Shown: positions 1-7,685 of the stretch, in pieces
How the letters are laid out: each line of letters begins with the position of its first letter
Numbering within the stretch: the first letter of the stretch is position 1
Assembly (NCBI GenBank): GCA_037137395.1
Contig: JBAXKK010000040.1
Location: 1 to 22,164 of the forward strand
DNA: 22,164 nucleotides
Direction: 5' to 3'
Origin: Elusimicrobiota bacterium
GTDB taxonomy: Bacteria; Elusimicrobiota; Elusimicrobia; Elusimicrobiales; UBA9959
The notes under the pieces: model-generated
Told to the model about the DNA's origin: nothing
The model's input: only the letters and a program-made list of their open reading frames with translations
Database searches by the model: none
Made by a program: the position numbers and the translations under genes

Positions 1-544
<544 letters not shown>

Positions 545-868
545 ATCCGTAACAGCTCATAGCGAACATCGCTATTAACTATTAGCATTTACGGAGCGTT
601 CTAATTAGCTCTTCTTATCGTTTGCGTGTTAATTACTTACTTGCAAAGTTATCACACCCAATTGGATTTTTAATGATTAATCATCCAAAACATCAGTAAC
701 CCGTTTTCAGTAACCGGTAAACCGGTCGCTGATCACTAGCCACCTCTGTTTTATTCAGGGTGCCCATTCATACATAATTATTTGGAGAGAACAAACCCTT
801 TCCTGTTTTCTTAGCTTGCACAACAGGTACGGGTCATTTGGCTGGCCGCGAGTTTTATTCGCGGCATT
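545..868 (-). other. rRNA operon leader with several hairpins and a possible boxB/boxA-like antitermination element
   Basis: Non-coding. Inverted repeats tccgtaa..ttacgga (546-595), ttggat..atccaa (662-688), accc..cctgtt/aacagg..gggt (~795-833), the last followed on the minus strand by TGTTCTCTCCAAA (781-793), loosely boxA-like. Confidence 0.55.
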
Positions 869-874
869 AAGAAT

Positions 875-904
875 ATAGTATCAAACTTTTCGGAAACTTG
901 TCAA
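875..904 (-). promoter_or_regulatory. rRNA promoter, proximal (P2-like), sigma70 type
   Basis: Minus strand TTGACA (904-899), 18 bp, TACTAT (880-875), with extended -10 TG. Confidence 0.8.
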
Positions 905-988
905 CTGTTATTTTTCTCGTCGGAGAAATCGATTTTCGAAACGTTGCGTTTCAAAATTTTTCGGTTTTATCGCGATGATGTTTTGACT

Positions 989-1000
989 TTTGAAAGAGCT
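989..1000 (-). promoter_or_regulatory. boxA-like antitermination motif between the two rRNA promoters
   Basis: Minus strand AGCTCTTTCAAA resembles boxA consensus TGCTCTTTAACA. Confidence 0.35.
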
Positions 1001-1047
1001 TGAAGCCGCCGGTTTAATCCGCACCACTGTGCTCCGGCAACATGTTT

Positions 1048-1077
1048 AGAATACCACAAACACAAACCCCCTGTCAA
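1048..1077 (-). promoter_or_regulatory. rRNA promoter, distal (P1-like), sigma70 type
   Basis: Minus strand TTGACA (1077-1072), 18 bp, TATTCT (1053-1048), extended -10 TG; A/T-tract UP-like region at 1079-1100. Confidence 0.75.
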
Positions 1078-1136
1078 CAATTTTTTGCAACAAAATTTCT
1101 TGCGCCCCGAATCCTCCGCTAAAGCATGCATTCCCA

Positions 1137-1271
1137 GTGGTTCGCGGGTCCTGCCGGGGGCCTGGAACGCGAAAACAGGGTCGTGCACACCGTGCCCGCC
1201 CTTCCGGACCTCAGTCGCCGCGCTACGCAAGCGGCTCCTTCCGGTACGGTTTCGCTAATCCAGATCCCCCG
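1137..1271. repeat. Structured intergenic repeat family A, copy 1 (inverted relative to copy 2)
   Basis: 1201-1252 is the exact reverse complement of 4485-4536 (52 bp); flanks align with substitutions over ~135 bp. Confidence 0.92.
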
Positions 1272-1299
1272 TCACCCACTCCAAAACCATATCTGTATT

Positions 1300-1364
1300 G
1301 ATTTTATATTTACATTAGCGGAAGATTTGGAGAACTTAGATGAAAGTTGCAGTTGCAACTTTCA
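1300..1364 (+). pseudogene. Possible relic of an ORF6N-domain gene including a 24 bp palindrome
   Basis: Reads DFIFTLAEDLENL then palindrome TGAAAGTTGCA-GT-TGCAACTTTCA (1341-1364); resembles the ORF6N C-terminal DFMFQL..E.ENL.xQxxTS motif as recalled, with frameshifts. Confidence 0.3.
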
Positions 1365-1366
1365 GA

Positions 1367-1502
1367 TTAAAGATCTTAAGTACGACGGGGTAAAGGCGGA
1401 GGGGTGACAGGCATGGGTCGAATCGGGCCGAGGAGGAACCGGCGCGAAGTCGCCGGGCCGGCCGCAGGCCCGATGGGCCCCATGGCTGGCAGGACCCCGA
1501 CC
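1367..1502. repeat. Tandem hairpin repeat family B, copy 1
   Basis: Starts ttaaagatcttaagtacga, ends ggcaggaccccgacc; direct repeat of 1510-1674; internal inverted arms catggg/cccatg and atcgggcc/ggcccgat. Confidence 0.9.
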
Positions 1503-1509
1503 TGACAAG

Positions 1510-1674
1510 TTAAAGATCTTAAGTACGAAGGGGTGACAGACATGGGTCGGATCGGGCCGAGGGGAACCGGTGCGAAGGCCGCCTGTTAGCCATAGGCCCT
1601 GTTGCGGCACGCCCATAGGTCAGTCGCCGGGCCCCGCAGGCCCGATGGGCCCCATGCCTGGCAGGACCCCGACC
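1510..1674. repeat. Tandem hairpin repeat family B, copy 2 (with ~45 bp insertion)
   Basis: Same termini and arms as 1367-1502; extra segment at ~1578-1622. Confidence 0.9.
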
Positions 1675-1689
1675 ATAAGAAGTAAATAT

Positions 1690-2724
1690 TTATTTGGGAT
1701 TTTTATCCAGCGTCTCGCTGATGGTGTCCATGCGCTTGGAGATCGCCTCGAAGGCCGAGTACTTGCCCTCAAGCGCCCTGATCTTGCGCTCCATCACTAT
1801 CCGGTATTCGTCCATCAGCCAGACCACATTATCGCGCAGCCATTTTGTCTCGCCCTCAAGCGCCTTCATTTCGGGCTCCACGCCTTTCTTAACCCTGTCC
1901 TCGGCTTCCATTAATATTTTTTTAGAGAGAACCTCACTGGTGGTAAGCCTGCCGGACATGTCAGCTATTGCCGCGTGCATACCCTTCTCCACTTCCGACA
2001 GCTTGGCGCTCAGCCGGGAAACGGATTCCTTAAGATACTCGTCAAAGCCCTCGCCCGCGAATTTCTGTTCTATATTTCTTGCATGTCCCTGCATTTCACC
2101 CAGAGATTTATGGCATTCGCTTTCAATCCGGAAAAACTCGCCGGAGTATTCTGAAATATTTTTTTTCATCCCCTCGAACGCCGTCAACGCTTCCGAAAGG
2201 CCCAGCTTTACCGCGTCCAGCGCCTCTTTATGCGCCATGCCCGCGACGCTCCTCTCAAACTGCGCCTGCTGCGCACGCACAAGCATCTTAAGCTCCGCAA
2301 CCGCGCTCTCGGAACGCTCAAGCCTGAGCGCCATCGCGCCTTCGGAGACAATAGACCGCTTTACACTTTCAACAGCTGACATCAAATCGGAAATTTTCAG
2401 ATCGGCCGTCTTCAGCGCGCTTTTTGAAGCGGATTGTTCCAGGTAGGCCGCCGTAACTTCCCTCTGCGCGGCCAGGTCCTTTCTGAGTCCGGCTATAACG
2501 CTTTCAGCCCTTTCAAGCCTTTCGGTCAGATCATGCGAGCCTGATCCGGGCGTGGGCAGGGGCTTGGCAGAAGGAGTGTTATTAATATTGCCGGCTTCGG
2601 CCTGACGCGAAGGGGGTTCAGGCTGTTTGGCCGGGATCGGCTCAGCCGGAGCGGCAGACTCCTGCGGCTTCGGCGCCTTTTTGTACTTTGAAAAAAGGGA
2701 ACCGCCTTCATTTTCCTGCGTCAT
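1690..2724 (-). CDS. Hypothetical cytoplasmic coiled-coil protein with Pro-rich N-terminal linker (344 aa)
   Basis: Long ORF; ATGA overlap with upstream gene at 2721-2724; heptad-rich E/K/L/A composition; no signal peptide or TM segment visible. Confidence 0.9.
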   Translation of the reverse strand: MTQENEGGSLFSKYKKAPKPQESAAPAEPIPAKQPEPPSRQAEAGNINNTPSAKPLPTPGSGSHDLTERLERAESVIAGLRKDLAAQREVTAAYLEQSASKSALKTADLKISDLMSAVESVKRSIVSEGAMALRLERSESAVAELKMLVRAQQAQFERSVAGMAHKEALDAVKLGLSEALTAFEGMKKNISEYSGEFFRIESECHKSLGEMQGHARNIEQKFAGEGFDEYLKESVSRLSAKLSEVEKGMHAAIADMSGRLTTSEVLSKKILMEAEDRVKKGVEPEMKALEGETKWLRDNVVWLMDEYRIVMERKIRALEGKYSAFEAISKRMDTISETLDKNPK

Positions 2725-4307
2725 ACAACACCCCGGCTGTCTCCGCCTTTACCGGCCGTGGCCGCGGGCTTGACCGGCGGAGGCGCGAACGCCCCCGGAG
2801 CCGGCGGCGGCTCGGAAGGAGCGGAAGGAGCGGCTCCGGCCTTATCCAGAGCGATAAGCCCGGAGTCGGCCGCGGGCTTGGCTATCCTGCCGTCCTTGAC
2901 CAGGCCGGCTATCACTTCCATAAATTTATCCATCGCCTCGTCCTGCTTGCGCGGGTTGGTCACAGAATACTTCATCGTCTGCTCTATCATCTGCAGCGAT
3001 TTAGCCGAAAGTTGTTTTTTGATCTTTTCCTGCAGTTCATGCGGCAGCGCCGGGAACACCTCGGCCCACTGCATAACCTGTATGGAAGTTGATACTATAC
3101 CCATGTCTTTTTCAGACAGGGAAAGCAGGTCCTCGTCAAAAATAAACACGCTGCGGATCTCAGCCGCCAAAGCCGGGTCGTGCATGGCGAACTGCTTCAG
3201 CATGTCCTTCTTCCCGGAGTAGGGCATCGGGGCTATCATCTTCACGGCTTTATCCATCCCGCCCACGGCGCTGTCCAGCCTGCGCTCAAGCTCTTCCTTT
3301 ATCTCGGTTATAACGTCCCTGTCTATAAAGCGCACCTTGGCCAGATGCAGTATTACCTGCGAGGCCAGCTCCTTACCTAGATTCGCGAGAAGTTCGCCGC
3401 GTATCTCGTCAGGCAGATGATAAACCACCAGTGAAATATTTTCAGGGTCCTCTTTTTGCAGCATGCCCGTCAGCAGGGGTATCTGCTCGCGCTTGACATT
3501 AAAGACCAGGCGCTCGGCCTCCTCCGCGACAACTTCCTTTATCTCGTCTTTTTTCTCCTGCGCTTCCCCTTCCTGACCTGTCACGGCCAGAGTGCCTCCC
3601 GGCCCTCCTCCGCCGCCTTCACCGCCGAACCCTATTGAGACATCCTGAGCCCTGGCAACATCACTCATGGCGCCGGCCATTCTCATAATGCCGAGGCCTA
3701 TTATCATAAAGGAGATTATTATAACAAGGGCCACCATCCCGTAGCGTATAAAAAGGCCCATATATTCCGGTGAATACCAGATCGCCTTCCAGATCGGCGC
3801 GAACTGCGTTTTAACCAGATCGATAGTGTCGCCGCGCTTCATGTCCAGGCCCAGCACGCGCTCTACAAGATCGCTTATATTTGTAATTTTGTCCTGGGTA
3901 AGCTCCACCCCGGCTATGATATTAACGCTGAGCTTGGCCACATTGTAGCTGTAGGACCTGGCTTCATCCTCGTTCATCGCCGGTAAAGTCACGGCCGCGG
4001 TGAAGCCGGGCAGCAGCTCCTTCATCTTCTCGTTCTTCTGGGCGGCGTTCAGCCAGGCAAACTGGCTCTGCGGGGCTTGCGCCCTGTTCGGATCCAGATT
4101 TTCTTCTATTTTCAGGGTGGCTTCCACGCTTACCCGGGCCTGATTTGGGCCCAGCACTTTGACCAGGATTTCGTCGCCTTTTTGCTCAAGCGCGCGCTCA
4201 TACCGCAGCTTTTCTTCAAAAGGTGACATCATCTGCGCCGGGCGGCAAAGCGACGGAGCCAGGGCCGCGCAGATAAACAAAACTGAAAATGCTTTAACTA
4301 GTTTCAT
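2721..4307 (-). CDS. FliF(C-terminal ring domain)-TM-FliG(middle + C-terminal) fusion protein (528 aa)
   Basis: Signal peptide; FliF RBM3-like motifs VLGPNQARVSVEATL and KLSVNI..LVERVLGLDMKRGDTIDLV; one TM helix (~3686-3750); FliG hallmarks EDPE (EHPQ-like, 3441-3452), GG linker (3258-3263), VFIFDEDL (MFxF-like, 3138-3149). Confidence 0.85.
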   Translation of the reverse strand: MKLVKAFSVLFICAALAPSLCRPAQMMSPFEEKLRYERALEQKGDEILVKVLGPNQARVSVEATLKIEENLDPNRAQAPQSQFAWLNAAQKNEKMKELLPGFTAAVTLPAMNEDEARSYSYNVAKLSVNIIAGVELTQDKITNISDLVERVLGLDMKRGDTIDLVKTQFAPIWKAIWYSPEYMGLFIRYGMVALVIIISFMIIGLGIMRMAGAMSDVARAQDVSIGFGGEGGGGGPGGTLAVTGQEGEAQEKKDEIKEVVAEEAERLVFNVKREQIPLLTGMLQKEDPENISLVVYHLPDEIRGELLANLGKELASQVILHLAKVRFIDRDVITEIKEELERRLDSAVGGMDKAVKMIAPMPYSGKKDMLKQFAMHDPALAAEIRSVFIFDEDLLSLSEKDMGIVSTSIQVMQWAEVFPALPHELQEKIKKQLSAKSLQMIEQTMKYSVTNPRKQDEAMDKFMEVIAGLVKDGRIAKPAADSGLIALDKAGAAPSAPSEPPPAPGAFAPPPVKPAATAGKGGDSRGVV

Positions 4308-4457
4308 AATATTCGCTGTCGTATAGCCCGCTTCGGGCCGTCCGCCTTATCCTATGCCATATTATCTTATTTAAGCGGTGTAAACAGTATTACCGAAAAG
4401 TTAATAAAATGTGACACGCCCGCTTTCGCAACTCACTTACTTAAACAAAAAATCTGC

Positions 4458-4609
4458 GCGGCCTGCGGGGGATCTGGGTTAGCAAAACCGTACCGGAAGG
4501 AGCCGCTTGCGTAGCGCGGCGACTGAGGTCCGGAAGTGCGGCCACGGTGTGGCCGACACTGGTTTTGCGTTCCAGTCCCCCGCAAGCCGCCCAATCCACC
4601 GCAGGCCGC
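4458..4609. repeat. Structured intergenic repeat family A, copy 2, with terminal inverted repeats (MITE/REP-like)
   Basis: GCGGCCTGCGGGGGAT (4458-4473) and ATCCACCGCAGGCCGC (4594-4609) are 15/16 complementary; body is the reverse complement of 1137-1271. Confidence 0.9.
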
Positions 4610-4639
4610 ATCGGCCCATAAAAGGCCGCAGCTTTAAGT

Positions 4640-5602
4640 TTAGCCCCCGATCCGCATTTCGGAAAAAGAGGCGGGCAGCTTGAACCAGAAAACAGAACCC
4701 TTGCCCAGCCCCTGACTGGTCGCCCCTATCTCTCCTCCGTGCTGCATAATTATCTCGTGCGCTATAGAAAGTCCCAGCCCCCAGCCCTGCTTCCGCAGAT
4801 TAACATCCTTCTGGTACTTAGCCTGGTAGAACTTTTCAAATATCCTCTTGGTCTCGCTGGGATGTATGCCTATGCCGGAATCTTTAACACTCACCACAAG
4901 CCTGCGTCCCTCGGGCCTGGTGCTCACCTCAACCACCCCGCCCTTGGGCGTAAACTTTATGGCGTTATTAAGCAGGTTCTGCAGGACCTGGGAAATCCTG
5001 AAGGTGTCGCCGTTTATAACAGCCTTGGGATTTATCCGGTCGTATTTAAGCACTACGCCTTTGTTGCCGGCGTTTATCTCTATGGACGGCATAAGGTCCG
5101 AGACAAGACTCCCGAAGGCGAACGGCTTCCTCTCAATTTTAAGCTTGCCGGCCTCTATCATGGCCACATCGGTCAGGTCGGAAACCAGCAGGTTGAGCCT
5201 GTCCACGGCCGAAACCATGTTGGCGCTCATGCGCTTCTGTTTTTCAGTCTCCACGCTCTTGGCGAAAAGTTCGCTGTAGCCCCTGATGGCGGCCAGCGGC
5301 GTGCGCACATCGTGCACGACCATTGACAGGAACTTGGACTTCATGTTGTTAAGATCTTCAAGCGTGAGGTTGGAGGCGGCCAGCCTGCGCGATAAAGCCT
5401 CAAGCTGGCGGGCCTTGTCAAACACCCTTTTCTCGGCAATGCCCAGCGCCCTGGTGATCTGTCTTATAAACTTTTCCGACTGGCGCTCCCTTGTAGCGCC
5501 CATATTTAGCTGGAATATATCCGAGAATTTAAAAACGACGAACACCGACGCCGCCAGGCCGAATACGCACATCCCCAGCAGCAGCAGAAGTTCCGGTTCC
5601 AT
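4640..5602 (-). CDS. Membrane-anchored histidine kinase (HisKA + HATPase_c), no sensor domain (320 aa)
   Basis: H-box FLSMVVHDVRTPL, N-box NLLNNAIKFT, G1 DSGIGI, F-box IFEKFYQ, G2 GWGLGLSI. Start placed at 5602 (MEPELLLLL.. TM helix), 4 nt after the upstream stop, instead of the overlapping 5653. Confidence 0.95.
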   Translation of the reverse strand: MEPELLLLLGMCVFGLAASVFVVFKFSDIFQLNMGATRERQSEKFIRQITRALGIAEKRVFDKARQLEALSRRLAASNLTLEDLNNMKSKFLSMVVHDVRTPLAAIRGYSELFAKSVETEKQKRMSANMVSAVDRLNLLVSDLTDVAMIEAGKLKIERKPFAFGSLVSDLMPSIEINAGNKGVVLKYDRINPKAVINGDTFRISQVLQNLLNNAIKFTPKGGVVEVSTRPEGRRLVVSVKDSGIGIHPSETKRIFEKFYQAKYQKDVNLRKQGWGLGLSIAHEIIMQHGGEIGATSQGLGKGSVFWFKLPASFSEMRIGG

Positions 5603-5606
5603 ATAT

Positions 5607-7220
5607 CTATTTTGTCCATCCCTGCAGCAGCACAAAGTCGCGCACTGAGACATTGTTCGGGTTTATCGCCAGCACCTTAAGGAAGGCCTGCTTAGCCCGC
5701 TGCAGATCGCCCAAGGCGTAATAAGACGAACCCAGACGCGTCCAGGCCAGCTCATTATCCTCTTCTATCATAAGCACCTGCTCGCATTCCTTGGCGGCCT
5801 TGTCATAGTTGGCCATCCGGAAGAAAGCCTCGGCCTTGCGCAGCTTCTCCTTGGCCAGAGTGTTGCGCGGCAGTATCTCGTCCTTTTTTACCTCGGTGCG
5901 GGTAAGCCCGCTCATCACGGTAAGGAAGTCCGAGAAGAAAGCGTTGCCCGGCTGATAACCCATGGCGCTGTGCGCCAGCAGGGAGCTCTTATCATTGTTG
6001 CCTTCAAGATATTCGTTAATGGAGCGGCCGGCCTCTATGGCCTGCGGCGTGCTGTCCTTCAGAAGTTTCTGGCGGCCCGGCAGTTCCTTAAGTTTAAGCC
6101 CGGTTACAACCGCGTCAAGCCTGCGGAACTTCTCGCCCCAGACGCCATTGCGTACGGCGGGGTCCATACCTATTGACATATCCACGCTGGTATAGGCGGA
6201 GGAGTAGTCCCGCGCGTTTATGCCGTTTTCAGCCTTCTTGATATATTCGCTGGCGTAAACCCGCACCTTGGGCGGCGCGGCCACTCCGCCGAAGAAGTAG
6301 CTGAGCGAGATCCTGTTGGAAAGTCCCAGCACGGGATGTTTGAACATCGCGTAGTCAAGCTGGTAGGACTTCATAAATTTCAGCCCGCCGCCGAACGAAA
6401 AAGCATCGCGGTCATAGCCCAGGCGTATGGCCCCTATGCCAATGCCGTACTCCGTGCCGAACTGGATCTCTCCGTTCCCGCTGAAATCCGCGCAGATAGA
6501 AATATTGGAACTTAAAAGATAGGCCGCGCCCACCTTAAAGCCGAAAGGCAGCTTATCCGCCGTGTCCCCCATCGCAAAACTGCCGAAGTTGCGCATCACC
6601 AGGGCCAGCGAAAGCTTGTCACTCATAAGCGGGCCGTACTGCGCGCCCATGTCAAAACCTATAAGCCGGTTGCTGTCCGCGGCCAGAGCCCTGTTAAGCA
6701 CTTTAACTGACGCGCCCAGAGAAAGCGAAGGCATGAAAATTCCGTGCACACCGGTGCCGACAGCCATCGCGGTTTCGGTATAGGTGAAGGCGCTGGTGGG
6801 AAGGTTGTATTCGTCCCGGCCCTCGGCCGCGCCGGCGGAAAAACGGAGTACCTGCGCGCCCCAGCCGCCGGGGAAGCCGCGGTAGCTCTGGGCGTAACCT
6901 ATATAATCGTAGCTCATACCCTCGAACAGCGTGGCGTGCATAAGCGACACATTGCGGCTGCTCAGCATGCTCAGACCCGCGGGATTATAGTAAAGGGAAG
7001 AAGCCTCTTTCACCACGGCGGAATAAGCGCCGCCCATGGCAAGCGGCCGCGCGCCGGCGCCAAAATCAAAAATAGCGCCAGGGGCCCCAGCCTGGGCAAA
7101 GAGATTAAGCGGGACACAGGCGCAAACTCCTGAGAAGATAAGAGCAAACGACAATGACCGCCTTTTTAAAAAGGCAGTCCGCGCGCATTGCGCCTTATTA
7201 GCCATTTTCTCTCTTTTCAT
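5607..7220 (-). CDS. PorV/PorQ-like (FadL-superfamily) outer-membrane beta-barrel with C-terminal TPR domain
   Basis: Signal peptide ending LFA-Q; motif GAGARPLAMGGAY..SLYYNPAGL; amphipathic strands ending NRISLSYFFG; TPRs such as AWTRLGSSYYALGDLQRAKQAFLKVLAINPNN. Start could be 7205. Confidence 0.88.
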   Translation of the reverse strand: MKREKMANKAQCARTAFLKRRSLSFALIFSGVCACVPLNLFAQAGAPGAIFDFGAGARPLAMGGAYSAVVKEASSLYYNPAGLSMLSSRNVSLMHATLFEGMSYDYIGYAQSYRGFPGGWGAQVLRFSAGAAEGRDEYNLPTSAFTYTETAMAVGTGVHGIFMPSLSLGASVKVLNRALAADSNRLIGFDMGAQYGPLMSDKLSLALVMRNFGSFAMGDTADKLPFGFKVGAAYLLSSNISICADFSGNGEIQFGTEYGIGIGAIRLGYDRDAFSFGGGLKFMKSYQLDYAMFKHPVLGLSNRISLSYFFGGVAAPPKVRVYASEYIKKAENGINARDYSSAYTSVDMSIGMDPAVRNGVWGEKFRRLDAVVTGLKLKELPGRQKLLKDSTPQAIEAGRSINEYLEGNNDKSSLLAHSAMGYQPGNAFFSDFLTVMSGLTRTEVKKDEILPRNTLAKEKLRKAEAFFRMANYDKAAKECEQVLMIEEDNELAWTRLGSSYYALGDLQRAKQAFLKVLAINPNNVSVRDFVLLQGWTK

Positions 7221-7570
7221 AGAACTTCGCTCTTACCTGTACCTCCACCCACACCTAGTCTTTCTGTGCTTATTCAGGATACCTTTCCAGCCTACCATAC
7301 AAATAGTATACCGGACGATTGTTGATGAATCCTGAAGAAATTGTGAATTTTTTATGTCCTGCGGATAAAATAGGCACAGCGCCCTATTTCTCCCAATGAA
7401 AAGACGGCATGCTGTTGAGAAACCGGGCACTGTAACAAAGGATACATTGCGTATTTTCCTGTTTTCCCCCCCTGACTAACGCGGCTTTAGGGGGTCACAC
7501 CTCCGCCTTAAAAGCTAATACCAAGTCATCTTTCCGGCGATTTGGACTGTCCCCGGAATTCCCTGCGTAC

Positions 7571-7665
7571 TGTCTCCCCGGCGAAAGCCGGGGTCCAGGC
7601 ATTCTTGATGCTGGATACCGGCCTCCCCCCTCAGTTTAACGTTGGGGTAGACCGCCGGTGAGACG
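7571..7665. repeat. REP-like double-hairpin palindromic element
   Basis: GTCTCCCCGGCGAAAGCCGGGGTCCAG..CTGGATACCGGC..GCCGGTGAGAC: terminal GTCTC/GAGAC, GAAA-capped hairpin, TCCAG/CTGGA stem; same layout as widespread GTCATTCCCGCGAAAGCGGGAATCC-type repeats. Confidence 0.7.
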
Positions 7666-7685
7666 GACCAACTAAAACTTTCAAA

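Noticed and set aside
1367..1674. Possible CRISPR array
   Set aside because: Only two long units, no short repeat/unique spacer periodicity, no cas genes.
967..1914. Short ORFs 967-1230, 1126-1407, 1362-1616, 1570-1914
   Set aside because: They run through promoters and GC-rich repeats and show no coherent protein features, apart from the short ORF6N-like patch noted separately.
4408..4430. TGTGA CRP-like half site upstream of the fusion gene
   Set aside because: No TCACA second half at the right spacing.
4521..4545. Resemblance of GAGGTCCGGAAG to SRP RNA helix 8
   Set aside because: Lacks the following GAAGCAGC and symmetric loop; it is part of a repeated element.
5603..5653. Longer kinase start at 5653
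   Set aside because: Overlaps the upstream gene and adds an implausible Cys-rich leader; 5602 fits better.
7233..7430. 65 aa ORF and TATACT -10 box at 7305-7310
   Set aside because: ORF has no recognisable features; the -10 box has no convincing -35.
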